Notes: generated by a model not told the origin, from the letters alone. 45,361 nt of DNA from Bdellovibrionota bacterium FG-1 (GCA_051382295.1 JBBCAW010000019.1:1-45361); one strand, 5' to 3'; shown: positions 16,887 through 27,423, numbered from the stretch's first letter. Numbers and translations: made by a program.

Positions 16887-17190
16887 CTATAGCCGTCTCC
16901 GCCAGGAGTTCGGAAAACGGGTCAGTCAGACTATCGACTCACCCATCATGATTGTGGATGTGTGGGAGCTGCCGGAGGCGTTCGCAGCGCTCTTTGTCGT
17001 GCTCGCACTCGGGGTGATTGCTTACGCCTGGGGTGCGATGTGTATGGCGCTGCTTGTAGTGTTAGTCGCGGTCCCCATGATTAAGAGGAACCACAACCGT
17101 GGCATATTTTTGCACTGGCCTTATCGAAACTGGCGGATGCGCCTTCCGGGGTTGATTAATCCGCGAGGGCGAAGAAAGTTTTCAGACTGA
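16879..17190 (+). CDS. traL: TraL-like membrane protein
   Basis: TIDSP.....WE..E motif, two TMs, basic C-terminus with H..Y; synteny. Confidence 0.6.
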   Translation: MHDYSRLRQEFGKRVSQTIDSPIMIVDVWELPEAFAALFVVLALGVIAYAWGAMCMALLVVLVAVPMIKRNHNRGIFLHWPYRNWRMRLPGLINPRGRRKFSD

Positions 17191-17262
17191 GTGCTGGCTC
17201 AGCTCAGGCTCAGAAGAAGGAAGTGACCGTATGGAACTCATAAACGAAGGGGGAAGTGAAAA

Positions 17263-17505
17263 ATGGAAGAGCAAAAAGGAAGCAATGGATCATGTCGAGA
17301 AGACGGGCAGCCTAAGCAGTTTGTTCGGATTGGCATGTCGAAGGACGGCAAGTGGTATTTTGTCGATACTATCACGCGGACTTTTATTCATATTAATTAC
17401 CTGGCAGCGATTCGTAAGAATAAAGATGCTGCTTTGGCTCAAGAGGCTGCGACCAGTGTTGGTAAAGCTAAACGAGCAAGGAAAGAAAATGATCGGGCCT
17501 CTTGA
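17263..17505 (+). CDS. Small hypothetical protein within the tra operon
   Basis: Purine-rich RBS; protein-like composition; overlaps the probable TraE start. Confidence 0.5.
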   Translation: MEEQKGSNGSCREDGQPKQFVRIGMSKDGKWYFVDTITRTFIHINYLAAIRKNKDAALAQEAATSVGKAKRARKENDRAS

Positions 17506-18199
17506 GAAAGGGATCGCAGCGGCGCGGTTGGCGACGCCGCCCGTGGGGGCTTATGAGGGCGTGGATCTCTCGATCCTGCCTAAGTACATCTCCTTTCGGG
17601 CGGCGTTGCTTCACAATAAATTGACTCATCAATACATCAACCTGATCTTGGCGGGTTTGCTGGTGGTTCAGTATGGCATGAGTCGGTATGAAATTTACTC
17701 CCTGTACGGGAAACTCCGGGCCAAAGAATACATTCTGGCACCCGGGGTCCAGGATTTCACACCCGCCAATCCGCAAACCGTGCCTGAGAGCTATACGGCT
17801 GATGCCGTAACCGACTTCATTAATCAGCTGGGGAACGTGAATCCGGGAAATATCGACGAGCAGTATTCGCTGTTGGCGAAGTTCATGAGTCCACAGCTCA
17901 AAGTGAGGTTTGAGGCCGAGGCTATTGATTTCAAAGCGAAGATTAAAGCGGAGTCGATCTCGGAAATGCTGACGGTGACTCAGCGGGAGATCACGCCGAG
18001 CGCGGACGGGTTCTTCCATGTAGTCGCACTGGCTCGCCGGGATCGTTATCTCAATAACGAGTACGTCGGCCATACCGATGAGGTGATTGAAATGGTGCTT
18101 CAGCTCATAGCGCCCAAGCGGGATCGGCCTTGGTACGTGCAAATCAACTCTTTGTCACGCGAGGCCGCTGAAACGTTTCGGGCCAAAAAAGGAAAGTAG
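17489..18199 (+). CDS. traE: TraE-like (VirB8-fold) protein; start reassigned from 17231
   Basis: Single TM followed by N..P.N.....L..F.SP pattern; position between TraL and TraK. Confidence 0.6.
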   Translation: MIGPLEKGIAAARLATPPVGAYEGVDLSILPKYISFRAALLHNKLTHQYINLILAGLLVVQYGMSRYEIYSLYGKLRAKEYILAPGVQDFTPANPQTVPESYTADAVTDFINQLGNVNPGNIDEQYSLLAKFMSPQLKVRFEAEAIDFKAKIKAESISEMLTVTQREITPSADGFFHVVALARRDRYLNNEYVGHTDEVIEMVLQLIAPKRDRPWYVQINSLSREAAETFRAKKGK

Positions 18200-18213
18200 G
18201 AGGATGAAGAGAC

Positions 18214-18996
18214 ATGAAATATCTCAAATGGGTTCCGCTCATTATAACCTTTGGAGTCGGTGTGACCGTGGCCCAGGCCAGGACGATCTACTTTGGAAGT
18301 GAGACGGAGGTTGTGCCGATTGTCTACGGTGGGGCTACGATTTTTCGATTTTCGGGTGAAATCCGGACGATTTCTCAGGCTCAGCGTTTTCAGATCACGC
18401 CCGCTAACGGTGATTCACCCAATTATGCGCTCTTGTCCGTGACGCCGCGCTTTGCCACGGGATCAAGTGAGGTGGCGTTTATCTTCAACGACGGCACGAT
18501 CATTAAAACCCGGCTGGTGGTGGTTTCGCGGGTAATCCCCGAGAAGACGGATTCCATCTATGAATTCAAATCCAAAGAAACCCTGATTCAACCGGATGGA
18601 GAGACCAAGACCGGCGCATCCATGCCTGAGTTGGACTTGATGAAGGCGATTATTCGGGGAGATGAGGTTTTGGGCTATGAAGTTCGTAACCTGGCCCGGT
18701 CGATCAGTCCGGGGATTAAAGGGGTCAATATCCAGTTGGTGCGGATTTATACGGGCAACCAATTCAATGGCTACATTTTTGAGATCGTGAATACGACCAA
18801 AAATCAAAAGCTATTTGTGAATGTGCAGAACATGAGCCTGGGCGATCCCAATGTGGCGTTACTGGGGTCGGTGGATGACGCACTCATTGAGCCCAAATCC
18901 ACCGGGCGGCACAAGACGCATCTGCGGATCGTGGCCAAGTCGACCTCGATTTACAACGAGCTCAGGCTTCCCATTCAGGTGGCGGAAAGGAAGTGA
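18214..18996 (+). CDS. traK: TraK-like outer-membrane core protein
   Basis: Signal peptide (AQA); beta-rich N-domain; LMKA helix then Y.G....G..FE..N; synteny. Confidence 0.65.
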   Translation: MKYLKWVPLIITFGVGVTVAQARTIYFGSETEVVPIVYGGATIFRFSGEIRTISQAQRFQITPANGDSPNYALLSVTPRFATGSSEVAFIFNDGTIIKTRLVVVSRVIPEKTDSIYEFKSKETLIQPDGETKTGASMPELDLMKAIIRGDEVLGYEVRNLARSISPGIKGVNIQLVRIYTGNQFNGYIFEIVNTTKNQKLFVNVQNMSLGDPNVALLGSVDDALIEPKSTGRHKTHLRIVAKSTSIYNELRLPIQVAERK

Positions 18997-20255
18997 TGGC
19001 GATGAATCGAATCATGCGGGGTGTTCACGAATGGGTGTTGCCTCACCGGGACAAGCTTCCCTATGTGGCGATGGCAGTGATTATTCTGGTGGTCTACGGC
19101 GTGTCTAAGGTACGCGAAGCCACGACCTACGTCTACAAAAGTGAGGAAGCTCATGAATTTAAAGAGGGTCGGGTGTTGGGTTATCAGGGGGACTCCATCT
19201 ATGCAGGCAAAGAACGTCTATTTTCAAAAACCGTGCGAGAGATTCAAACGACTCTCACAACGCTTAAGGATGCAACGGCAAAGATTCAGTCACGGCTTGA
19301 CGTTGTGGAAAGCGGAAAGCCCCTCGGTCTTGCGACGATGGTGTCGGCCGAGAATTTAAAGGGGGAGGCCAATGCGGGCAAGACCGGGATTATAGGCAAG
19401 GACACCATCGAGGCGGTCCGAACTGGGCAGCCGGTCGAAGAACTGCCGGTGACCCGAGTGAGAGAATCTCAGGGGGGCGAGCGCAGTAGTCGGCATTCGC
19501 GAGGGGGGAGGGAGACTGGCACCGTTGGCTCGATTATCTCGTTTCCGGTCAAGGAGGTGGTTTTGGATCGGAGTCAGGGAATCGTACTTCCTGCTGGAAG
19601 CTATGTGAAAGCCAAACTCATGACGGGGGTCGAGGCTCCAGAAGGAAAAACCTATCCGGTTCTTCTTCAGCTCGATTACGCCTACATCGTACCCAATAAA
19701 CATCGGGTTGATCTTTCTGGGTGCTTTATGATTGCGAAATCTCAAGGCGATCTGTCCACGGAGCGTGTTCAGATGCAGGCGTCAAAGCTCTCCTGCGTCT
19801 CCAAGGAGGGGCGCATGTTTGAACGCGAGGTGAGCGGCTTTATCGCTGACGACAAGGACAATAGCTTTGCGGTGATGGGGTCGGTCAATTCCAAACAAGA
19901 TCGCGTGGCAGCCATGGCGTTTCTCTCTTCGATTGTCGAAGGAGTTGGAAAGGCGATTCAGCAGGCTCAGACCACGCAACAGACTACACCGCTCGGGGGC
20001 TCGCAATCGGCGGTGACGGGTAGTAGTGCCGAATACATGGCGGCCGGAGGGGCGTCGAGCGCAGCTTCAATGGTGACGCAGTGGTATTTGAAGCAGGCTC
20101 AGAATCTGCTCCCAACCATCAATATTGGATCCGGGCAAGACGTGTGGGTCATCATGCAGGACACGGTGAAACTCCCGACCGATTACTTCAAGAAAAGTTC
20201 GAAAGGAGGCCAAAATGATGGCGTTTACTCGTATCTTAGCCGTGTGTTGGATTAG
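18993..20255 (+). CDS. traB: TraB/VirB10-like core protein
   Basis: TM plus coiled coil; LPAGSYV.AKLMTGVEAP, DLSGCF, GDLSTER, LSC, P.I.I..G motifs. Confidence 0.85.
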   Translation: MMAMNRIMRGVHEWVLPHRDKLPYVAMAVIILVVYGVSKVREATTYVYKSEEAHEFKEGRVLGYQGDSIYAGKERLFSKTVREIQTTLTTLKDATAKIQSRLDVVESGKPLGLATMVSAENLKGEANAGKTGIIGKDTIEAVRTGQPVEELPVTRVRESQGGERSSRHSRGGRETGTVGSIISFPVKEVVLDRSQGIVLPAGSYVKAKLMTGVEAPEGKTYPVLLQLDYAYIVPNKHRVDLSGCFMIAKSQGDLSTERVQMQASKLSCVSKEGRMFEREVSGFIADDKDNSFAVMGSVNSKQDRVAAMAFLSSIVEGVGKAIQQAQTTQQTTPLGGSQSAVTGSSAEYMAAGGASSAASMVTQWYLKQAQNLLPTINIGSGQDVWVIMQDTVKLPTDYFKKSSKGGQNDGVYSYLSRVLD

Positions 20256-20595
20256 TGGGATCGTTTTGTTCTCGGGATGCAGTATGAATCGGGCTGACAG
20301 CCTGCGGATGCTGGATCGTCGTTCGGAATACGAGGCACCAGGTCGTGGCGACACCTCTCCTCATCTCAAAGAGGCGGGATTGGCGGGGTTCCACAACGCC
20401 CCCATCCCCGTCAGAACTCGCGCCCAGGTGGCGCCCGTCTGGATTTTTCCGCACGAGACGGCAAGTCGGGATTATTTCTGGGGCGGCTGGATCTCGATTG
20501 TGACTGAGCAGCCGCAGTGGGTGTTGACTCAACCCGGGCGGCTGCCACCCGCGCCCGGCGTTGTGGATGCGGCTTTGGAAGGAAGTACAAAATGA
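20215..20595 (+). CDS. traV: TraV-like lipoprotein
   Basis: Lipobox FSGC; P.RT..QV..VWI.P.E......GG.I......W motif. Confidence 0.75.
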   Translation: MMAFTRILAVCWISGIVLFSGCSMNRADSLRMLDRRSEYEAPGRGDTSPHLKEAGLAGFHNAPIPVRTRAQVAPVWIFPHETASRDYFWGGWISIVTEQPQWVLTQPGRLPPAPGVVDAALEGSTK

Positions 20596-23240
20596 AATCT
20601 TTAAAGGAAAAGCTCCCCAGGCCGATTCAAGAGGCGCTAGCTAAACAGGACATTTTCGTGAAGGCCCTCTTCACCCGGCCTGAATCGCTTTCGGCGCTTC
20701 TTCCGTATGACGAGTACATTGCTGAAAGTGGCATCTTTAGAAACAAGGATGGATCACTGGGGGTCGTTTTTGAGGTATCGCTTCTCGAACACGAGCCCAT
20801 GGGCGTTGACGCCGTGCGGGCATCAGTCGAGTCGCTCAAAACCTGGTTCAATCTCCCCACTCAATGCACGCTCCAGATTCTCTTTGATCAAGCCAACATC
20901 TCGGCGCTTGATCTGCTCTTTGATGATATCGAGCGCTACTATCCCACGCCGCACCCGGTTTCCCAGGCGCTTTTTAGTCGGCGCATTGGGAATCTCAAGG
21001 CAGCTTGTAATGCCGATCAGAAGCTGACGCCGCTGGCCCGTCGGGCGTTGGTCTCGATTCGTTATTTTCCAGAGGGCCGCGGGCTGCGGCTGGGGCTTAA
21101 ATTCGTCAAGCGGTCAGAAAGTATTCTTCATCGGGAAATGAAGTCCTTTGTCCGTGAAAGTCGTCATTTTTCCCAGATTATCGCGGACTTTCAACACAAC
21201 TCAAAAGTGCCGCTTCGTATCCTGAATGCGCAAGAGTTGTTGGACGTGCTTCGTCGATTTTTCAATCCAAAGACCTACTACAAGAGAAGCTTCGCTAAAT
21301 ACAACCCGAACGTCATGCTCTCGGAGCAGATTCTTTATAATAATCCCACGCTGGATTACGCGGGCATTGAGTGTGAAGGGATCAAAACGCGCACGCTTTC
21401 GCTTAAGACCTCTCCACAGTTTGCTTATCCGGGCGGGATGGCCTATTTCACGAAGCTACCGTTTCCCTTCAAACTCTCGATCAATGTCACGTTTCCTACT
21501 AAACGGCAGGTCAAGACGTTCTTCGATATGAAAGAATTTTTTCTCCAAAATACGCCATCGGCCCGGGCGCGGAGGCAGCGCGAAGAGGTGATGGTTGTCC
21601 AGGAGCGCCTGGCGCGTGAGGACCGCTGTCTCCATGCTACTATTACCGTGACCATTGAGGGGGCAACGGATGGAGAGCTGGAATCCCGGGTTCGTGAGGT
21701 GGTCAATCTTTTTAACAACAACCTGGAGTGTGAAACCGTCTTGGAGGATGACATCGGGCTTGGCTTGTGCCTGAATACGCTCCCGCTCAATTATATTGCC
21801 AAGTCGGATTACTCTAGCCAACGCTTTATCCGTATTTTGCGCTCCGATCTCGTTAACTTTGTTCCGATCTTTGATTCCTTTCGTGGAACAAAAAAGCCGC
21901 TTGGACTTTACCTTTCGCGGGAAAGAAATCTGGTCCGGTTTTCTACGCTGGAAAATCAGACCTCGAATCACACGGTGGTGCTCGCGGACAGCGGGTCCGG
22001 GAAAAGTGCGTTCATCATTGACTGCATCCAAAATGCAAAGCGAATGACGCCTGAGCCACTGGTGTTTGTGATCGACAAAAAATCAAGCTCGGTCATGCTT
22101 TCTGAGTGTTTTGACGGGGATTTGACTATTTTTGATCGGGATAAAGAGATGCCCTTCAGTCCCTTTCGAGGAGTTTACGACGAAGAGAAGTTCTCGTTTT
22201 TAGCGAAGTTATTGGAATGTGGAATTAAACTCACCTCCTCTCACTTCGAATTCGATAGCCTTCATGGGTCGGCGATCCATCAGTCTTTGCGGCTGGCCTA
22301 CGAGAAGAAGGTCAAGGAAGCCGGGCTGGCCTATGTGGACGGCGAGCTTTTGAAGCAAAACTCAGCGGCGACCGAAGTGGTGTTGACCATGGATGATCTG
22401 ATTGTTGAGCTTGCGGCTCTTCCGTCCGTGAAGGGCTTTGAGTCATTTGGTTCGGTGGTGGACGCACTGACGCAGCGGCTGATGCCGTTTTATGGCAACG
22501 GAGACTATGCCAAATATTTTCGAGGATCAGCCAAGCGGCGTTCGGGCAAGCGTCCGCTGCTTTATGTTTACGACCTGGACGCTCTTGAAACTGATCCGAC
22601 GCTTCAGGCCTTGATGACGATGGCCGTTTTTGAGGAAGTCCGTAGAATTCGGAAGCTCCCTGAAAATGAGAATCGCATGTCTTTTGTGATTCTCGAAGAA
22701 CTCGGAATGCTTGGGCGAAATAATCCCACCGCTGGACCCTTCATCGTGGATTTTGCGGAAACCGGGCGAAAGCTCGATATGTGGCTATTTTCCCTAACCC
22801 CGCGTCCGCAGAACTATTTTGAGCTGGAAGCGGGCCGGGCGATGTGGTCGGTGGCCGACAACTTTCTGTTTCTTCAGATGGGCGCGGACAACATTAAATA
22901 TCTCAAGGAGCATTCAGATCTTATTGATGAGGCGAGTAGCCAGATTATTGGTTCGCTTCGTACGGTCTTGGGCGAGTACGCCGATGTCTTTTATATGAAC
23001 AAAAAGAAGACCTGGTGCGGGGCCTTTCGGTTCATCCAGACCGGACTTGATCGCTGGCTATGCCCAAGCAATGCCAAGGATTCACGCGAGGCTGGGCGGG
23101 CGCTTAAGCAGTTTAAAGGTGCCAAGTGGCAGGCACTCGAATACCTGGCTGCGCGATTTCCACAAGGGGTCGAAAAGTTTGAGGAAGCCCAAAACGAAGA
23201 AAGGATGAGAACCCATGACAAATCTCATGTCCAGACCTGA
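20592..23240 (+). CDS. traC: TraC/VirB4-family conjugation ATPase
   Basis: LS.LLPY, N.H.VVLADSGSGKS, FVIDK..S, degenerate Walker B ILEE, GRK; ATGA overlap with TraV. Confidence 0.88.
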   Translation: MKSLKEKLPRPIQEALAKQDIFVKALFTRPESLSALLPYDEYIAESGIFRNKDGSLGVVFEVSLLEHEPMGVDAVRASVESLKTWFNLPTQCTLQILFDQANISALDLLFDDIERYYPTPHPVSQALFSRRIGNLKAACNADQKLTPLARRALVSIRYFPEGRGLRLGLKFVKRSESILHREMKSFVRESRHFSQIIADFQHNSKVPLRILNAQELLDVLRRFFNPKTYYKRSFAKYNPNVMLSEQILYNNPTLDYAGIECEGIKTRTLSLKTSPQFAYPGGMAYFTKLPFPFKLSINVTFPTKRQVKTFFDMKEFFLQNTPSARARRQREEVMVVQERLAREDRCLHATITVTIEGATDGELESRVREVVNLFNNNLECETVLEDDIGLGLCLNTLPLNYIAKSDYSSQRFIRILRSDLVNFVPIFDSFRGTKKPLGLYLSRERNLVRFSTLENQTSNHTVVLADSGSGKSAFIIDCIQNAKRMTPEPLVFVIDKKSSSVMLSECFDGDLTIFDRDKEMPFSPFRGVYDEEKFSFLAKLLECGIKLTSSHFEFDSLHGSAIHQSLRLAYEKKVKEAGLAYVDGELLKQNSAATEVVLTMDDLIVELAALPSVKGFESFGSVVDALTQRLMPFYGNGDYAKYFRGSAKRRSGKRPLLYVYDLDALETDPTLQALMTMAVFEEVRRIRKLPENENRMSFVILEELGMLGRNNPTAGPFIVDFAETGRKLDMWLFSLTPRPQNYFELEAGRAMWSVADNFLFLQMGADNIKYLKEHSDLIDEASSQIIGSLRTVLGEYADVFYMNKKKTWCGAFRFIQTGLDRWLCPSNAKDSREAGRALKQFKGAKWQALEYLAARFPQGVEKFEEAQNEERMRTHDKSHVQT

Positions 23241-23532
23241 GTTAAGAATGGCGTTAGTGGTGTTTGTCGTCATCGGCAGGGTCTATGCTTCGACCCCGAA
23301 CTTGGTTGAGGTACCGGATATTTCGTTGGGCACTCCATTGGAGCCTAAGAGCCAATATGAACCAATGCACGATGAAAGACCGGTCTTGCATAAAGTGATG
23401 CAAGGCGAAGAAGTTGCAGGGGGTGCGAAATATCCCGAAGCCGATGAGCTGGTGATTGAGCCCGAAAGTGAGAGTATTTCGATCATCGCCGCGCCCATTG
23501 TCGAGGTGGATCCTACAACGGTTCGGAGGTAA
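23215..23532 (+). CDS. Small secreted hypothetical protein
   Basis: Signal-like N-terminus ending in VYA; overlaps the TraC stop. Confidence 0.5.
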   Translation: MTNLMSRPELRMALVVFVVIGRVYASTPNLVEVPDISLGTPLEPKSQYEPMHDERPVLHKVMQGEEVAGGAKYPEADELVIEPESESISIIAAPIVEVDPTTVRR

Positions 23533-23535
23533 GAA

Positions 23536-24876
23536 GTGATGCTTAAGGGTTCATCGTTGCTTTGGATGGTCGTGGTTTTGTTGGTAGCGGCCTATTTATG
23601 TCTGACCAATCCCACAGTCTACGCCGACACGCGCGAATTTCGTCAATCCACTCAGCTCTATCCAAGCGAATACCTGCTTCAATCTCGGGAGCCTCGGCAT
23701 GATCCGGTTTTCGATCACGCCCGCGTGATTGACCTTTCCGCGACGGTCGGGGTTGGCTCTGATTGTGGAAGAATCGATTTTAAAAACACCCTTCGTGCCA
23801 CTCTGGGTAATGTGCTCGATACGAAATACTTTGGCAACATGGGTTCGGATATCCTTGCCGCTTCGCCAATGCTGTTGACTTGCTATTTTTCGCCGACCTG
23901 GTGCGCGATCCTCAAGCACAGTCAGCTCAGCGCCCACTGGCTTTCGCAGATGCGCCTGGACCAGTGCTCGCTCATGGACAAGTACACCGACAGTCGGGTG
24001 GATGATTTCTATCAGGAGCGCCAGGGCTGCGTGCGCCAGGCGATTGAAAAAAATGGCGGCGATATGGAAGCCGCTATGCAGTCCTGTAATGGGAATCGCT
24101 TGTGGCAGGCGGATCTTTCCAATTGGGCGGGAAGCCGTTTTGGCGGCAAGGCTGAAAGTAACCGCCTCATCGATTCTTCGGCCAAATGGGCGGGAATGGA
24201 CAATTCGGAATCGCGCGGGCCGCTTGATTTGGTCAAGTCGTTGGTGGGCGATACCGTCGTCTCGCGCGGTAACGTGAGCGTGGATTACGGCCCCTATAAG
24301 ACGGCACTCACCCCTCGCACCTACCTTCAGTCGGTCGAGAAGACCACCTACGATAAGCTTTGCGGCGGGATCATAAAGAGGGTAGTCGCTGTCGGTGACG
24401 CTGTTAACGTGGACAAGGTGGTCAGCGATGAAGAATTACGGAGCCTAAGTCCCACCCACGCCATCCTGGTTGACCGGCAGACCATCCGGGCGCTCATCCA
24501 TTTGGGTCCTAATCAGCGGCAGGCCGCTTGCCAGAAGCTGGCTGACGCTGTAGCGCTGACCGTGTTTTCGACGGATATCAATCGGTCACTCGATATCTTG
24601 ACGATGCTGTCGCAGAACCCCAATCTCCCAGATAATCGTAAAAAAGAGATCGAACTCAAGCGCCTTGCGTTGAAAGAACAAGTCGAAATGACCGTCACTC
24701 TTCAACAGAGCCGGAATGAACCGCTGAATCGGGTGCTCTCGCAGATCAACGAGATGGGGGGGGCGCTCGAAAGTGATTCCATAGGTCAGGATTTTGCGCG
24801 GGATGCGGCGGCGGCCCGTGGGGCGGCAAACACCCATGAGCTGATGAATTGTTCTGATGCTGTCATGTGCGAGTGA
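23536..24876 (+). CDS. TraH-like periplasmic protein
   Basis: Signal peptide; CGRIDF resembling the TraH CGGID motif; several Cys; C-terminal coiled coil; directly before TraG. Confidence 0.55.
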   Translation: MMLKGSSLLWMVVVLLVAAYLCLTNPTVYADTREFRQSTQLYPSEYLLQSREPRHDPVFDHARVIDLSATVGVGSDCGRIDFKNTLRATLGNVLDTKYFGNMGSDILAASPMLLTCYFSPTWCAILKHSQLSAHWLSQMRLDQCSLMDKYTDSRVDDFYQERQGCVRQAIEKNGGDMEAAMQSCNGNRLWQADLSNWAGSRFGGKAESNRLIDSSAKWAGMDNSESRGPLDLVKSLVGDTVVSRGNVSVDYGPYKTALTPRTYLQSVEKTTYDKLCGGIIKRVVAVGDAVNVDKVVSDEELRSLSPTHAILVDRQTIRALIHLGPNQRQAACQKLADAVALTVFSTDINRSLDILTMLSQNPNLPDNRKKEIELKRLALKEQVEMTVTLQQSRNEPLNRVLSQINEMGGALESDSIGQDFARDAAAARGAANTHELMNCSDAVMCE

Positions 24877-24888
24877 AGGGGGTGTAAG

Positions 24889-26385
24889 ATGTTTTCCAAT
24901 ACTGCATTCGAGGCGATGTATCAGTACCTGGGGCTTGAGCTTCACGCCAAGTCCATTGACATCATCACCTCCCACAAGGTTTTTGGCGCGGTCATCTTGT
25001 TCATCTTTGGCGTGATGTTTTTCGTAACGGCCACTCAGTTTTTTTCCCGTTACATCCCGGGGCCGACGGTTCATCGAAAGCCGGTCCCTCTGTCAAAATT
25101 CATCAAAGTGATCGGCTGTTTGTTTCTCGGGATCGCACTTCTGGAAGCCCGCTTTTCGACGAGTGTGAAGCGATTTAACGGCGAGTCCTGGCATCAAAAT
25201 TCCTACATTCATGGGCAGCTCAGGCAGGTCGAACCCGAGTACAAGGTGAGCCTGATCTTCGATTTGATGAGTCGCACTGCCGAGGAGTTCGCCGCTTTGC
25301 TCGCTCGCACCATTGATCAGCTGGTGGGTTCCACGCACTCTCAGCTTGATGCCCCTAACTTTTTTTTCAAAGCCATCATGTACGGCGCTGCTGCTACCAT
25401 TGAGGACGTAGATCTCAAGCGTAGCATCCATTTTTATACCGAAGAGTGCTTCAACCGCGTGCTCCCGCTGGTGAAGGAAGTCAAGAATCAAAACAAATTG
25501 GACGGGTTTTTCGCCGACAGCTCCGTGATCGATCAGAAGCTCTCCGAAATGCCGATCCAGCTCCCGGATCGTGTGAACTACACCTGTCTGGACGTGAAGA
25601 AAGACGTGACCGAAAGCCTGCGGGCCTACGCCATGAGTCGTCAAAAGGACTTCGGTACGACGATCAACACGACGATGGGCGACCGTGGCTCTTTGCGTTC
25701 TGAGAATTTCCTAAACCTCCAGGTGTCCTCGATGCTGGTGGATCATTACCTGACCGAGCATGAAGGCTGGATGGGTGTTCAGAAGGGCTCACTGATCCCC
25801 ACCACCGGGGGCCGGATCGCGCAGTACCTCAACCGGATTATTAGCGTGGATGGGATCTTGAGCATCTTTGGGATGAAGGAAGCGCAAGGCGTTTGGGTTT
25901 CAGCGGCGAGGGCTAAAGAGTTCAGCGAGAACCTGGCGAGGGCACCGCATGTGGCGGGCTTCATCAAGATGTTCTGTATCTTTCTGTTCCCCTGGCTCAT
26001 CTTTTTCGTCGTCGCCGGCCATTACCAGGTTCTTTACGTTTGGTTTGTTATCTATTTCTCAGTGCTGCTGTGGGCGCCGATCTGGACGCTCATGTACCAC
26101 ATCATGGTCGGCATCGCGCTTTCCGCCGAGACGATGGACGCTCTGGGCAGACTCAGCGACGGCGTTTCGCTTTATGGCGCTGAACTTGTCAATGCCCGCA
26201 TCTATCACCTGTTTGAAGTCTACTCTTGGCTTCAGTTGGTTGTAGGCACCCTTTTTACGGGAGGGGTGTTGTGGTGGATTGTTCCGCTTTTGCGAGATGG
26301 TCGTGGTGACTCGACGCCTGAGTTTATCGAGAACTCGGCCAATGCGGTCACGACTGGCGCTCAAGTGGCAGGAGCGGTACTATGA
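24889..26385 (+). CDS. TraG N-terminal-like / VirB6-like polytopic membrane protein
   Basis: N-terminal TMs; periplasmic Y...C....TC region; C-terminal TMs with P..AG...FP and LLW.P.W. Confidence 0.7.
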   Translation: MFSNTAFEAMYQYLGLELHAKSIDIITSHKVFGAVILFIFGVMFFVTATQFFSRYIPGPTVHRKPVPLSKFIKVIGCLFLGIALLEARFSTSVKRFNGESWHQNSYIHGQLRQVEPEYKVSLIFDLMSRTAEEFAALLARTIDQLVGSTHSQLDAPNFFFKAIMYGAAATIEDVDLKRSIHFYTEECFNRVLPLVKEVKNQNKLDGFFADSSVIDQKLSEMPIQLPDRVNYTCLDVKKDVTESLRAYAMSRQKDFGTTINTTMGDRGSLRSENFLNLQVSSMLVDHYLTEHEGWMGVQKGSLIPTTGGRIAQYLNRIISVDGILSIFGMKEAQGVWVSAARAKEFSENLARAPHVAGFIKMFCIFLFPWLIFFVVAGHYQVLYVWFVIYFSVLLWAPIWTLMYHIMVGIALSAETMDALGRLSDGVSLYGAELVNARIYHLFEVYSWLQLVVGTLFTGGVLWWIVPLLRDGRGDSTPEFIENSANAVTTGAQVAGAVL

Positions 26386-26404
26386 ATTACCTTTTCTTGC
26401 TTTC

Positions 26405-26760
26405 AAAGCATTCTCTCAGCGTCCGCGCCGGAGCACAGCTCCGGCGCGGACCTGTGTCTTCAGGGGAGCCGCAGGCTCCCCAAGGGGGACTGGGGGGCGA
26501 AGCCAACCAGAAGTTTTATAGGCTGGTGGCGCCACCAGCCATGCTTGCGAGCCCTAGTTTTACCCATTTTTTTTCCTGTTTTATCCTTTCTATTTTTCCT
26601 CCCTCTTCTGCATCACCTTCCTATTTTTCTGTTCACCCTTTTGCCTTTTCTGCCGCGCCACTCCTGAAGTCCCACTTGTGTCACGACATGGGCCTGGTCT
26701 TCGTCACATTCAGGATTTGGCCTTCATACAATTTCACGACTGATTGTGACGCCTTGAACG
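26405..26760. other. Candidate oriT region
   Basis: Non-coding-like stretch upstream of mobC-relaxase with GC hairpins (CCGCGCCGGAGC-ACA-GCTCCGGCGCGG; GGGGAGCC-GCA-GGCTCCCC), a pyrimidine tract, CCCA..TGTC-AC-GACA-TGGG, CCTGAA/TTCAGG inverted repeat and TCACGAC repeats. Confidence 0.55.
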
Positions 26761-26858
26761 GGCCTGAAGAGCAACGGGCGAAGCCCGAGCGATGCAGCGG
26801 CCTTGGCAAAAAGACACATCCGAATTGTCTCGTAACCATGCAATCGAAAGGAGCCCTT

Positions 26859-27170
26859 ATGATCCATTCCGTACCCGAATCGATGCACCCAGGCCGTAGG
26901 CCGTGGGTGCGAGCGGTCTTGTCTTTAGCGGTAGCGGCGGCCTTGCCTTCGCTCGTCGCGTGCAGCTCGACGTGCCATCGGCACGAGAGCGCGGGCCGCG
27001 TTCTTGACGAGCAAGGTGTGATGTTGGGGAAACTGAAGGTTGAACGCGCGGATACGCGGGTATCAACCAAAGTTCAGGCTGATCCCGACCTCAAGGCCGC
27101 CGAGGAACATCTCAACATGGTGATCGACATGGTGACGCGTTCAAACAGCGCCGTGAAAGCGGCACGTTGA
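26859..27170 (+). CDS. Small lipoprotein (possible entry-exclusion factor); start reassigned from 26382
   Basis: AAAGGAG RBS before ATG 26859; lipobox LVAC. Confidence 0.6.
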   Translation: MIHSVPESMHPGRRPWVRAVLSLAVAAALPSLVACSSTCHRHESAGRVLDEQGVMLGKLKVERADTRVSTKVQADPDLKAAEEHLNMVIDMVTRSNSAVKAAR

Positions 27171-27196
27171 ACGCAAGAAACAAAGGAGAACGAGAA

Positions 27197-27400
27197 ATGA
27201 AGAAAAATCGGGATTCCACGTTCGAGCAAATAGGAAACGGAGTAGCCGCAGAAGTCGGCAAGGTCGGTGCGCTGACGGACGAGCTGAATAGTGAGAACGG
27301 AAGCTGCGCCGACGAGCCACAGGAGGTGGGCAACTGGATCACCGCCATCGGAAAGGCGTTGCTCGCAATCATTGGCGTCAGTGTCGGCGCACAGCAGTAA
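27197..27400 (+). CDS. Small hypothetical protein with C-terminal hydrophobic helix
   Basis: AAGGAG RBS; compact ORF in the mob operon. Confidence 0.5.
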   Translation: MKKNRDSTFEQIGNGVAAEVGKVGALTDELNSENGSCADEPQEVGNWITAIGKALLAIIGVSVGAQQ

Positions 27401-27423
27401 CGGTATTGCAAAAGGAGTGAGCG

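Noticed and set aside
17231..17488. N-terminal 86 codons of the 322-aa track ORF
   Set aside because: Better explained by a separate 80-aa gene (17263-17505) and a TraE start at 17489, each with its own RBS.
26382..26858. 5' part of the 262-aa ORF as coding sequence
   Set aside because: It translates hairpins and a pyrimidine tract into F/S/P-rich low-complexity sequence; a strong RBS and lipoprotein signal start at 26859.
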